Shown here: positions 36,662-45,871 of the stretch, piece after piece
Layout: each line of letters begins with the position of its first letter
Position numbering within the stretch: position 1 is the first letter of the stretch
Assembly (NCBI GenBank): GCA_965368905.1
Contig: CBDUOS010000002.1
Span: 1 to 57,257, forward strand
Source: an uncultured Bdellovibrionales bacterium
Lineage (GTDB): Bacteria; Bdellovibrionota; Bdellovibrionia; Bdellovibrionales; JAGQZY01
Direction of reading: 5' to 3'
DNA: 57,257 nucleotides
Notes under the pieces: model-generated
Database searches by the model: none
What the model was told of the DNA's origin: nothing
Seen by the model: the letters and a program-made list of their open reading frames with translations, nothing else
Made by a program: the position numbers and the translations under genes

Positions 36662-37022
36662 CTTGCATACAAAGCTCGTTCTCAGTTTCTAAACAATAGG
36701 TCTTTGTAATGACTACTTTGTAGGGTGATTTATGTTTTTGAAGCTTAGAGAGCAATCTCTCTAACTTTTCTTTTCTTTTACTCGAAGGTTTCTCAAAAAC
36801 GTTATTCAGCTGAAAGGTAAGCTTCCGAAACTCCAGCCAACTTAGTGGAAGTATCTGCCCGTTTTTGTCGTAAATATGAGCTTTAACCACAAAGGTATCG
36901 TTTGGCTCTAGTGTGTATGCGTACATCGGGTAACTCGACCAAGGCCAACTGTGCCAGTGTAATATAGGACTCAATATCTGAATGATAAAAAGAATATAGA
37001 ATATCAGGGTAAATTTCCTCAT
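36627..37022 (-). CDS. Small N-terminally anchored protein, unknown function
   Basis: MRKFTLIFYILFIIQILSPIL anchor followed by a soluble domain (HWHSWPWSSYPMYAY...). ATG at 37022 lies 7 nt after the upstream stop; the track uses TTG at 37046. Confidence 0.45.
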   Translation of the reverse strand: MRKFTLIFYILFIIQILSPILHWHSWPWSSYPMYAYTLEPNDTFVVKAHIYDKNGQILPLSWLEFRKLTFQLNNVFEKPSSKRKEKLERLLSKLQKHKSPYKVVITKTYCLETENELCMQVDREQDEIFIF

Positions 37023-37029
37023 GATCTTT

Positions 37030-37683
37030 CTAAGCCAAGTTGGCAAATGGCCATCCAGTTAAACAATAGCGGCCGTTTGAGGAGTTTTCGTATATGGGAA
37101 TTCTATGAGCTATGCCGCAACGAAATGCAATACCAGTGTTCTTTTGAGGAAAAATATTGAGATCCTTTCCGACGTAACGCAGTGGCTGACCCTGCTTTTC
37201 AAGTATTGAGGCCATGACCTCCCAATTTTTATATTCACTCCCTCGAATTAGTTTTAGAATCGACGGTTTAGAAAGAAATTGAATGGGGCTGGTTTCTTCG
37301 TCACTTAGATACACAACGTAGACCCAGGGTCCGAATGTGTCCTGATTCTCTGTATGGAGATCATATTTTGATCCGTGCGAAAAAAACTTGATCATTGCTT
37401 GAGAAGTTTTAAGAGGTGGGCAAGGAAAAGGTGGTTCGTCATTTTCTTGAAATAAAACATCTAGACGTTTCTTCAACTCATTAAAAATGAGAGGGTGATT
37501 TTTTGCCTGTGCATGGTGTAAATGGTAGTGAAATTTTGAATTAGAGAATATTGGCTGGTCTTGGCTGGATTTTATTGAAGATTGATCAGAGGATTTGAGG
37601 AATTCTTCGAGAACCGTCATTGCTTCTTCTGAAAAAAAGTTTTCATGTCGCCAGACAAGATTATTAGACAGATTTTTCCACAT
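37030..37683 (-). CDS. 2OG-Fe(II)/prolyl-hydroxylase-like oxygenase, family X2 (paralog of 40235-40960)
   Basis: YDLHTE (HxE), FRCGIAHRI (distal His), GRYCLTGWPFA. ATG at 37683 with a GAGGAAAAA SD; it overlaps the radical SAM stop by 20 nt. Confidence 0.5.
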   Translation of the reverse strand: MWKNLSNNLVWRHENFFSEEAMTVLEEFLKSSDQSSIKSSQDQPIFSNSKFHYHLHHAQAKNHPLIFNELKKRLDVLFQENDEPPFPCPPLKTSQAMIKFFSHGSKYDLHTENQDTFGPWVYVVYLSDEETSPIQFLSKPSILKLIRGSEYKNWEVMASILEKQGQPLRYVGKDLNIFPQKNTGIAFRCGIAHRIPIYENSSNGRYCLTGWPFANLA

Positions 37684-39430
37684 TTTTTCCTCGTATACTT
37701 GTGCCTGGACCTCGCAGTGGTGCATGCCCACTTTCAAAAAGAGAAAGATCCCAATTTCTTAAGTCATTCTCTAAAACTGTCAGAAGGTGTTTGTCTTTTG
37801 TCTGGTGCGAAAAAAACGACTTTATCAGCTCCTTTGCCTCGTTTGCAGATTGCAAAATATCGTAAATATCAGAGAACCGCATAGATCCGCTAGCGAACCG
37901 GTAGTAATTGTAGTTGTCGATTTTGGTTTCTGGTTCTGGTTTAAAGTAAAGTTTTACAAATTCGTCAATACGGTGGAGCAATCTAGCAAAAATGGAGTTT
38001 TCGGAAATTTCATCTAAAAAAGATTCAATGAGATCAAGATAAGAACCACCACTTTCTAGATATACTTTTAAAACGTTGGGTAAAATTTTAGCATTGTAAA
38101 ATGTATGATGAAACCACCAAACTCGATACATTTTTCTGAGCTCATTTAAGTCGTAAGAGAAGCACTCGTACACAACTCGATGACGCTGATTCCCGAAACT
38201 GTGACCATCAATCCCTTTATATTGGTTTCGAAAATCAGGAAAAAATATTTCTTTACATAAAATGCCGTTCTTTTTTTTATACTCTGTATCTGCAATTAAG
38301 GTGTTTTCTGAGACTGTCAAAATGTAAGCTCGAGTGAGGTTGATGCCCAAAGAGATATCTCTGCTTAATGAGTTACTCCAGCTCGTACTAGTCTCTCCAG
38401 GAAGCCCAAGAATCATTTCCGAGCAAACATTTAATCCTTGGGTTTGACCAAATCTGAGTAGTTCCACCAATTTTTCAGACTTTATATTTTCTCGAGCCGC
38501 TAGCTTTAATACTTTCTCGGAATGAGTCTGAAAACTGACTTTGAGTTGCCAATTCGTGACATTAAAATTTTTGTTAAATAACTCCAGGATTACAGGTAAG
38601 TACTTAGAGCCATTTTTGGCAAGACCAGAGTAGCTGATGTTCGGATTGGATTGGTATTTGTTTTTTGCGACAATCATTTTTTTAATAGTCTCTAGATCAT
38701 CTCGAAACATCCCAAAATTTGCGTCGAGAATTTCGATTTCTTTAATATTCATCTTAGAAAACAAAAAGTCGATAGTTTTTTCTGTCAATCGCTTTGGGAC
38801 CAGATGGATTCGAGATCGAGATTGACCTCCCCAATCACAAAACGAACAAGAGTATGGGCAGCCGCGATTCGTCTCAAAGCTGGCTTTCAGTTGTGTTTCT
38901 TGTGAAAAAATTTGGTCAAAGCTACCGTCTAAATAGGCATTTGTTTCTATGTTTTCCGGAAGCAGTCTACGCGACCCATCGATTCTTTTTTTTGCGATCT
39001 TTTTCTGCTTGAAATTCTCGATGATATTAACAAAAACATCCTCTCCTGGACCGCAAACAAATGTGTCCACCTGAGGGTAGCGCTCAGAAAAAGAATTGAA
39101 AGTTTTATTCTCTTTGGGAATGTTTGGGCCGCCCCAGATGACCAGACCCTTGGGGTTTATTTTTTTAAAAATCTGGCTGTACTCAGAATTAATTTCCTCG
39201 TTCCACACATAACAGGTGAGGGCTAGAATATCCACATTCTCCAGGCGTGAGATCAGCTCTTCTCGGGTAAGAGCTTTATAGAGTGGAGAAAAGAAGACCA
39301 CTTCATTATCTGTAAAATGTTTTTTGGCATAGGATATGAGAGTGCCTGCAGCATAGGGAAGCCACGTGTCAAAAGCCACGCTTATAGACCCCGTTAAAAC
39401 TCGAATGATTGAACTTTCGGAGGCCGCCAT
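37664..39430 (-). CDS. Class B (B12-binding domain) radical SAM enzyme
   Basis: N-terminal Rossmann-like region (DILALTCYVWN...VIWGGPNIP), then TNRGCPYSCSFCDWG (CxxxCxxC). ATG at 39430 with an AAGGAAA SD is preferred over the track start at 39484. Confidence 0.8.
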   Translation of the reverse strand: MAASESSIIRVLTGSISVAFDTWLPYAAGTLISYAKKHFTDNEVVFFSPLYKALTREELISRLENVDILALTCYVWNEEINSEYSQIFKKINPKGLVIWGGPNIPKENKTFNSFSERYPQVDTFVCGPGEDVFVNIIENFKQKKIAKKRIDGSRRLLPENIETNAYLDGSFDQIFSQETQLKASFETNRGCPYSCSFCDWGGQSRSRIHLVPKRLTEKTIDFLFSKMNIKEIEILDANFGMFRDDLETIKKMIVAKNKYQSNPNISYSGLAKNGSKYLPVILELFNKNFNVTNWQLKVSFQTHSEKVLKLAARENIKSEKLVELLRFGQTQGLNVCSEMILGLPGETSTSWSNSLSRDISLGINLTRAYILTVSENTLIADTEYKKKNGILCKEIFFPDFRNQYKGIDGHSFGNQRHRVVYECFSYDLNELRKMYRVWWFHHTFYNAKILPNVLKVYLESGGSYLDLIESFLDEISENSIFARLLHRIDEFVKLYFKPEPETKIDNYNYYRFASGSMRFSDIYDILQSANEAKELIKSFFSHQTKDKHLLTVLENDLRNWDLSLFESGHAPLRGPGTSIRGKNVEKSV

Positions 39431-39495
39431 AGGGGTTTCCTTTTCGCTACATGAATAATAATATACATGATACTTCATTTGCATAGAGGGGCAAG

Positions 39496-40245
39496 TTGCG
39501 AACTAAAATATACCTACTAATTGTATTCAATCATTTGGTGTTTGTTGCAGCCTTATATTTGTTTCCAATCATTGAAAATCTACCGTGGGTGCTGTTGGGT
39601 TGGATTCTTTTTGGAAAAATCGGTGGAGAGATTGGATTTCATAGATACCTTTGTCACAAAAGCTTCGAAACAGGGATACTTCGTCACCATTTGCTCATGG
39701 TTTTAGGGTGCATGAATTGCTTTGGAAGCCCAATTTCTTGGGCGGCGATTCACAGGTCTCATCACGTGCATTCCGACACTGACCTTGACCCTCATGGTGG
39801 TGCCTTACCCCCATGGAGAGTGTGGTTTACTCTTTGGAAGATACAATCTATCGGACCGAGAGTGGTTCTCAATGAAATGAAAGACCCAAAAATTCGTTGG
39901 TATCACCATAACTATTTCTTTCTTGTTATTGGGTTGTATGGGATCTTTGCTCTATTTTCTCTTCAGTTTGCAGCTTTTTTTGTAAGTGTACCAGCAGTTT
40001 TGACCTTTCACAGTGCTGGACTCGTTAACTTCGTTTGCCACAACTGGGGGTATAGAAACCATCGAACCAAAGACTCAAGTTTTAACAATTTGTTTGTAAA
40101 TGCTTTAACGTTAGGGAGTGGTTTGCACAATAATCATCATAATCGGCCAAACTCACCCTATTGCTCTGAAAACTGGTTTGAGTTTGATTTGCCCGGTTTT
40201 TTGATTAGGACCATTTTTAATAGTAGGAATCGACATGTGGCATGA
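39496..40245 (+). CDS. Membrane acyl-lipid/acyl-CoA desaturase (delta-9-type His boxes)
   Basis: GFHRYLCH, IHRSHHVHSDTDLDPH, GLHNNHH. TTG start with a strong AGAGGGG SD. Confidence 0.8.
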   Translation: MRTKIYLLIVFNHLVFVAALYLFPIIENLPWVLLGWILFGKIGGEIGFHRYLCHKSFETGILRHHLLMVLGCMNCFGSPISWAAIHRSHHVHSDTDLDPHGGALPPWRVWFTLWKIQSIGPRVVLNEMKDPKIRWYHHNYFFLVIGLYGIFALFSLQFAAFFVSVPAVLTFHSAGLVNFVCHNWGYRNHRTKDSSFNNLFVNALTLGSGLHNNHHNRPNSPYCSENWFEFDLPGFLIRTIFNSRNRHVA

Positions 40246-40960
40246 ATTAGTTCCCAATGAAATATGGAGTTATGATAATTATTTGTCTTCGCAAAATTTT
40301 GTGAAGTTGAAGGACTACTTTAATTCGGATCAAAGTTATGAGATGACCCCAGGGGAGTGGATTCGAGATTGTTTTCGAAAATCTAAGGTTAATCCGACTC
40401 TTTATAGTTATAGGGTTCATCCGAGTTCAATCAACCAAGATCGCGCTCTGTTGGATTCTATTTTTGATCCGATTGAATCCCATGTTGGTCAAGACTGTCC
40501 ACGCGAAAACTTGAATCAGTTGCAACTCTTTTTAAAGTCTTTCTCTGGGCAGTCCTTTTATGACCTTCATTGTGAACCACAGTGGCGCTATGGAGAGTAC
40601 GCTTTTTTACTATTTGTCGATGATTGCGAAGAGGGTGGCGAACTGGTGTTTCCAGACCCTGTAGGTTTGGACAATTATTTAAAGGCTAATGAGTCGCAAA
40701 GAAAACACTATTTAGAAAATAAACAAATCTTGGAAAAAGCGGGAGAGTCGGTACGAGTTGTCGGCCCTTGTGAAATTACACCTCAAAGAAACAAAGCCGT
40801 GCTTTTCCGCACGGGATCATCACATTTCGTCCGCCCTCCTAAGGGTAATGATTCGGTCACACGAAGGACTTTAGCGAGTTGGCCATTTGCGACCCAAGAG
40901 CTGGTGGATGACTTAGATATTCACTGTAAAATCAAGCAGCACTTTACCCCAGGGAGTTAG
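40235..40960 (+). CDS. 2OG-Fe(II)/prolyl-hydroxylase-like oxygenase, family X2
   Basis: YDLHCE (HxE), FRTGSSHFV, TRRTLASWPFA. The N-terminal W..DNYLSS...SDQS pattern is shared with 37030-37683. It overlaps the desaturase 3' end by 11 nt. Confidence 0.5.
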   Translation: MWHELVPNEIWSYDNYLSSQNFVKLKDYFNSDQSYEMTPGEWIRDCFRKSKVNPTLYSYRVHPSSINQDRALLDSIFDPIESHVGQDCPRENLNQLQLFLKSFSGQSFYDLHCEPQWRYGEYAFLLFVDDCEEGGELVFPDPVGLDNYLKANESQRKHYLENKQILEKAGESVRVVGPCEITPQRNKAVLFRTGSSHFVRPPKGNDSVTRRTLASWPFATQELVDDLDIHCKIKQHFTPGS

Positions 40961-41841
40961 TGGTGAAAACGAAACATTTACGGAACTTGAACTGGGGTCT
41001 TGAAATAACCGATATTGATTTGTCGACCGCTATGAGTCCTCAAATAGCAGAAATTGGTCAGCTTGCGCTTGAGAACCTGGTTGTAGTTCTTCCAGGTCAG
41101 TCGATAAAGCCACGACAGCAAGTCGATATAGTTTCTGATATTGGAGATGTCGAATTGATGCCCCAATCGATCTGGCACCGTTGCCCTAAAGACTCTGAAG
41201 GGGTGATTCGAGGAGTCCAAAGGGTCACTGGAAAGAAAGACTCCCATGGAAAGCCGATGGGACTGTTTGGGCACGACAAAGATTTGGATTGGCATGCCAA
41301 TAGGGCGAGCGCCTATGAAGATCGCAAAGACCTAGTTTGGCTTTATGGTGTGCATGGTACGAAAGGAAGTAGAACCAGTTGGTTAAATATGGAGCAGGCT
41401 TACGATGACTTGAGTGAGGAGTGGAAGAGAGAGCTTGAAGGGAAAAAAGGTATTTTCGGATACGAGCCAGACCGATATTCAAGTTTTGATGAGTTTACAT
41501 CTCATCGTGGATCGAAAGGAATACCACTAGTATACACTAACCCGATAACACGGAAGCGAGGACTCTACTTTCCTTATTTGCAGTTATTTGGGATCGAAGG
41601 CTTAACAGAGGGTCAATATCTAAACTTTGTCAGTGAACTGAAGAAGAGAGTTCTGAATGAAAAATACATGTACCATCATGACTGGAATGATGGTGATGTG
41701 GTGATTAGTGATCAGTGGTTGACGATTCACAAGAGGCATATGTGCGATATGTCTGAGCGTTTGTTATATCGAATTTCAATGGACTATAAAAAAGTAGTCT
41801 CTAATCAACGTACCTTCTCTTCCACTCATCGACATTCATAG
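40960..41841 (+). CDS. TauD/TfdA-family 2OG-dependent dioxygenase-like protein
   Basis: It aligns to E. coli TauD along its length: GLEITDIDLS.., DWHANRAS vs NWHTDVTF, SRTSWLNMEQAYDDL vs GDTLWTSGIAAYEAL, ISDQWLTIHKR vs IWDNRVTQHYA, RLLYRIS vs RIMHRAT. The GTG start overlaps the upstream stop. Confidence 0.7.
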   Translation: MVKTKHLRNLNWGLEITDIDLSTAMSPQIAEIGQLALENLVVVLPGQSIKPRQQVDIVSDIGDVELMPQSIWHRCPKDSEGVIRGVQRVTGKKDSHGKPMGLFGHDKDLDWHANRASAYEDRKDLVWLYGVHGTKGSRTSWLNMEQAYDDLSEEWKRELEGKKGIFGYEPDRYSSFDEFTSHRGSKGIPLVYTNPITRKRGLYFPYLQLFGIEGLTEGQYLNFVSELKKRVLNEKYMYHHDWNDGDVVISDQWLTIHKRHMCDMSERLLYRISMDYKKVVSNQRTFSSTHRHS

Positions 41842-42445
41842 TAGGTAGAGGCAAGGTAGCCTCTTCTTTCAGTTTTAGTAAAACAACATTCTGCCATGTG
41901 GGTTTTTCATAATTGAGTTCTCCGTTGGGCAATCGACGAACAGTATTGACCATTTGGTCGTGGACTTCCCAATTTTGACCAAATTTTTTAGACAGGCTTT
42001 CCGCCAACTTGTAACAAAAGCTTCTTCGTTTGACATCTTCAAAACTTAAAAAAATAATATCTTTGTTCATGGTTTGCGCAAGCTTTACCTGAACAGGGAG
42101 CATGAGTTGAGAGGCGTAACTGGGCAGTTGGTGACCCTTTAGTGTTTTTTTTCGAAGTTCATCACCATAAAATAATCGGGATAATACTCGTGATACTCCA
42201 GGCGGGTAGGGTTTTTGATGCATCCCACTAAACCCCAAGATTTTATGGTCTTTAGTTATGATGTTGAACATTTCGTAATGATTGAGAGTATAGTCGAGAT
42301 TTTGGTAATTGGAAATTAAACGGTCTTTTGAATATGAATTCTGAATACTGTTTATCAATTCAGAAAACTTTGACAGCCAATCAGAATTATCGGGATCTTT
42401 AAGATCGAATACTTTGAATCCTAAATCGTTGATTCTGCCTCCCAT
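41801..42445 (-). CDS. Hypothetical protein (214 aa; acyltransferase/GNAT-like fold only suspected)
   Basis: The ATG overlaps the upstream ORF by 25 nt. I could not identify a diagnostic motif. Confidence 0.4.
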   Translation of the reverse strand: MGGRINDLGFKVFDLKDPDNSDWLSKFSELINSIQNSYSKDRLISNYQNLDYTLNHYEMFNIITKDHKILGFSGMHQKPYPPGVSRVLSRLFYGDELRKKTLKGHQLPSYASQLMLPVQVKLAQTMNKDIIFLSFEDVKRRSFCYKLAESLSKKFGQNWEVHDQMVNTVRRLPNGELNYEKPTWQNVVLLKLKEEATLPLPTMNVDEWKRRYVD

Positions 42446-43128
42446 ATATGTTTTTTCAAAATCACGTATTTATGAAATTTTTCGTAGCTTCTTTCAATAA
42501 GTTCTTGATGGAATTTTTGATTCACTGATCCAAGAATAAACCCAACGAGTCGAGGTTGGTGAGGTTCTATATTGACTCCATGAGGGACTTGTCCATTGCG
42601 AATCAAGAAAAAATCTGTTTCTTCAGGCAATTGACAATAGTGAAGTTTCTGTTTCGTAGTAATTTTATACTCAGGGTCATAGTCTTTACATACGTAAAGA
42701 GCATCTCTTCGGCCTTGGACTAAAAAGCGGAATCCGATGGGCTCGTTTTCTTCAAGATGTTTTTTTAACTCTGGCAAAATACTCATGTGGAATGGAAAGG
42801 GTTTTTCTATATAATTTTCATCGACATGGGGGAGGATTTCTTCTTGAGCTCTTGCGAGGTGGCAGTAATAGAGATTTTCAAATGGAAGTGAGGTTTCTAT
42901 AGATTTGATAATTTGGGAAAATCGAGAGCGAGCAATATCTGACCACGTACAATCATATGAGCCAATCGGGTGTTCGTAATCCTTTTTTCCTAAAAGAATC
43001 TCTCGGTTCCACCAAATATATCTTTCAGATGTGAGTTGATCAAACTGATTACAGATATCACTCTTGTCGGGTAGAGGAGGGATATCGAGGGGTAAAAAAC
43101 AAATTTCTTTGAACAAGTTTAATTGCAT
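42421..43128 (-). CDS. Cupin-type oxygenase-like protein (HxD...H; Asp/Asn beta-hydroxylase-like)
   Basis: ILPHVDEN (HxD) and NGQVPHGV (distal His), QPRLVGF. Confidence 0.45.
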   Translation of the reverse strand: MQLNLFKEICFLPLDIPPLPDKSDICNQFDQLTSERYIWWNREILLGKKDYEHPIGSYDCTWSDIARSRFSQIIKSIETSLPFENLYYCHLARAQEEILPHVDENYIEKPFPFHMSILPELKKHLEENEPIGFRFLVQGRRDALYVCKDYDPEYKITTKQKLHYCQLPEETDFFLIRNGQVPHGVNIEPHQPRLVGFILGSVNQKFHQELIERSYEKFHKYVILKKHIWEAESTI

Positions 43129-43140
43129 TGCCTCAAGAAC

Positions 43141-43812
43141 CTAATAATAAAAAAATGTGTATATCCAGCGACCAATATGTTTTGGATTGTTTGACTCAAT
43201 CTTTATAACTTCGTGTAGTGTTCTATTATTGAAAAGAATCAGATCTCCTTTTTTGAAAGTGTCTCTTAAATCCAGAGAGTACTCTTGGTCGTAAAAAAGT
43301 ACTCCTCCTTCCTCATAGTCTTCACCTTTGCTGGTTAGTAACCCGAGAAAGTTATATTTGAGTCCAAAATCAGAAATGGATTCATGGGTGTGCTTGTCGA
43401 TGTAGCCTGTACCGACTGGGAAGTGAACAAACTCTAGGTATAAGTTCTTACCCGTCTTATTGCCATGCAACCAATGATCACTCCCAGTCAATTTGTAGAA
43501 GGCCTGTAGTAAAGTAGAGGAAGCAGATTGAATTCCTTTTAAATGGTTTTTGACGAATGGATCATTTAAATCGCCTATTCTAAAATTGTGAGCACGCACT
43601 GGAATTTGATTATTTTTAAAATCAAGGTTTGACCGATGGGCCCTTCCTTCTGAATCCATTGGTAAATGGGCGTTGAGCATTGAGTCCTTAGTTATAGTTT
43701 CTTCAGAAGTAGGCTTTTCAAGGCTTTTCCAGTTATTTAGATCATCAATTATCTGTCCACAACTTGTAGGATCTAAAAAATCTTTAAACAATACAACTGA
43801 TCCGTCGAGCAC
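43141..43812 (-). CDS. Cupin/double-stranded beta-helix oxygenase-like protein, family X1
   Basis: NLYLEFVHFPVGTGYIDKHTH, GDLILFNNRTLHEV, C-terminal GRWIYTFFYY. Paralog of 32339-33094. Confidence 0.45.
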   Translation of the reverse strand: MLDGSVVLFKDFLDPTSCGQIIDDLNNWKSLEKPTSEETITKDSMLNAHLPMDSEGRAHRSNLDFKNNQIPVRAHNFRIGDLNDPFVKNHLKGIQSASSTLLQAFYKLTGSDHWLHGNKTGKNLYLEFVHFPVGTGYIDKHTHESISDFGLKYNFLGLLTSKGEDYEEGGVLFYDQEYSLDLRDTFKKGDLILFNNRTLHEVIKIESNNPKHIGRWIYTFFYY

Positions 43813-43834
43813 TTGTGATCGGTGTTGATCTCCG

Positions 43835-44866
43835 TTGAATTCCTCTAATGAATCAAGTAAAATTAAGTTGTCTATTCATGCCCCCAAGCCGATTGTAGGA
43901 GCTTCTATTATAGTGACGTCAAGTAAAGTAGGCAATGTTAGCCTGATTTTGAAAGAGATAGAAAACCAATTTGGTCGACACGGCCTTGAGCCAATACATG
44001 GTGAGACGAGCAATGCTTTTTTTAAAATGGAGGGTTTTTGCCCGACGGGTAGTATTAAGGTTAAAACAGCCCTTTCGATGATTCAGAAGAAAATGGAACA
44101 AGGAGTGTTGATTCCGTCTAGTATGGTGGTTGATGCTTCGGCGGGAAATTTCGGGGTTGGATTGAGTTGGGTTTGTAATCGCCTCGGCTTCGGGTGCAAC
44201 ATAATATATCCATCAACAGCGTCTGAACTCAAGGCAGGTCTGATTAAAGAAAATTCCGCTGAAATCTCTTACTTCGAACGAAACCCTAAGAAGCAAGAAG
44301 AGTCGTTTGAAGAGGTTCTCAATTATGCAAGCCATCTCCCCGGGGCTGTTCGAGTCGATCAAATGAAAGACCCTGCCAACCCGCTCGCTCACTATAAATG
44401 GACGGGGCCTGAGATCTGGAAAGCATCGTCGGCTGAAGTGACTCATGTTTTTTGTGCCATTGGCACTGGTGGTACAATATCTGGAGTGGGACGTTTTCTT
44501 AAGATGAAAAATCCTGCAGTCCAGATTATTGGTGTCGACGTTGTCGGCAGCATCTACGGCGCGCAGCGAAACGATTGTGATAAAGAGTATGATTCGAAAA
44601 TTCTTTCTCACAAGATTGAAGGTGTCGGTGACGTAGTGGTTTCGAAGGTTTTTGATTCCGAGGTTGTGGACCAAATAGTTGTTACTGAAGACAATGAAGG
44701 CATACATCACTGGGGGGAGCTAAAAAACAAAGGATATGCGGTTGGGATGTCGACAGGACTTGTATACGCCGGTTTTAAAAAATTCGAAAAAGCATATGGT
44801 TTTCGTAAAAATGATTTTCCCGTTTTGTTGAGTGCTGATAGTAGTCGCTTGTATGTCTCTAAATAG
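43835..44866 (+). CDS. PLP-dependent enzyme of the cysteine synthase / CBS (tryptophan synthase beta-like) fold
   Basis: PTGSIKVKTA (PLP lysine context), GNFGVGLS, GTGGTISGVGRFLK. The non-ATG start lies only 22 nt from the divergent gene, so the N-terminus is uncertain. Confidence 0.75.
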   Translation: MNSSNESSKIKLSIHAPKPIVGASIIVTSSKVGNVSLILKEIENQFGRHGLEPIHGETSNAFFKMEGFCPTGSIKVKTALSMIQKKMEQGVLIPSSMVVDASAGNFGVGLSWVCNRLGFGCNIIYPSTASELKAGLIKENSAEISYFERNPKKQEESFEEVLNYASHLPGAVRVDQMKDPANPLAHYKWTGPEIWKASSAEVTHVFCAIGTGGTISGVGRFLKMKNPAVQIIGVDVVGSIYGAQRNDCDKEYDSKILSHKIEGVGDVVVSKVFDSEVVDQIVVTEDNEGIHHWGELKNKGYAVGMSTGLVYAGFKKFEKAYGFRKNDFPVLLSADSSRLYVSK

Positions 44867-45871
44867 ATGAAAGGTTTTTCTTTGAGTAAGAAGTTAGACT
44901 TGAAGCAAGAGTTAACAATTTGGTGTACACCTATTGTTTTCTTTTACTTAGTTCTTCTTTTACTAAACAGATCTGATTTTTTATCCAATGGGCAGTATTG
45001 GTATGACACCTCTCGGTTATTCTCGAGTATTTTATTTTTTAATGCGACTCATGTTGTTTTAGGTTTCTTAGGTCTACTTTTTATTCAGGAAATGAGAGAT
45101 TGGTGGACTGATTTCGAATGGAAAAAAAGCTTCTTTCTTCTCACGGTTCTCCTCCCGGCGATCTATTTAGTTTGGTTGTATACAAACTCTTACAGTGATA
45201 ATTTTTTGTGGAACTTTACAAGAGTCACTCTCATTTTTCTGAGCCTACATCATGCCGCCATGCAAACTTATGGTCTATTGGTTGTTGGAAAAAGTAAAAA
45301 AGAGAAAAGGATTTTGCGTCACTTGTTTCTGTTCCTGGTTGTGCTCTTTGGTGCTTCTAGGTATGCGAGGCTGGTCCCAAGTATTTCCCTTTTTTGGGTG
45401 GACTGGACAACATTCTTTGCTTCCTCTTTAACAATGTTATTGATTTATCGAGTCTGTTGGCACAGGAAAAGCGATCGAATATTCCTAATAAGAATTGTAC
45501 TCTTTCCTTTGGGGCAGATTTTTTCAGTTGCAGCCATTGGCATCTCTGCAATACATGGAGTTGAGTACCTGGTTTTGCTAAAACGACAGTTCGGTAACAC
45601 TAGAAGTAAAAGTGTTGTTCTTGGTTTAAACGGAAAAAGCTTTTCATATTTTTCAATTTTCCTAATGTATCTCGGCTTAGCCCTGGTTAATGAGAGATCC
45701 GGGCTGTTTTCAGTCAGAAATATGGATCGTTTTGAAGAGATTGGAGCCTTGTTAATGACCTCCTGGATCGTAATGGACCTGGTGTCGCTTCCGCACTATT
45801 TTTTAGATGGAGTGATGTATCGCTTCTCAAATAAGAACAGCCGATCCAAGATATTACCGCTGCTTCGTTGA
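44867..45871 (+). CDS. Polytopic membrane protein with conserved His motifs, family M
   Basis: FFNATH, IQEMRDW, LHHAAMQTYG, LFPLG, ISAIHGVEY, PHYFLDGVMYR. It starts immediately after the PLP enzyme's stop. Confidence 0.5.
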   Translation: MKGFSLSKKLDLKQELTIWCTPIVFFYLVLLLLNRSDFLSNGQYWYDTSRLFSSILFFNATHVVLGFLGLLFIQEMRDWWTDFEWKKSFFLLTVLLPAIYLVWLYTNSYSDNFLWNFTRVTLIFLSLHHAAMQTYGLLVVGKSKKEKRILRHLFLFLVVLFGASRYARLVPSISLFWVDWTTFFASSLTMLLIYRVCWHRKSDRIFLIRIVLFPLGQIFSVAAIGISAIHGVEYLVLLKRQFGNTRSKSVVLGLNGKSFSYFSIFLMYLGLALVNERSGLFSVRNMDRFEEIGALLMTSWIVMDLVSLPHYFLDGVMYRFSNKNSRSKILPLLR

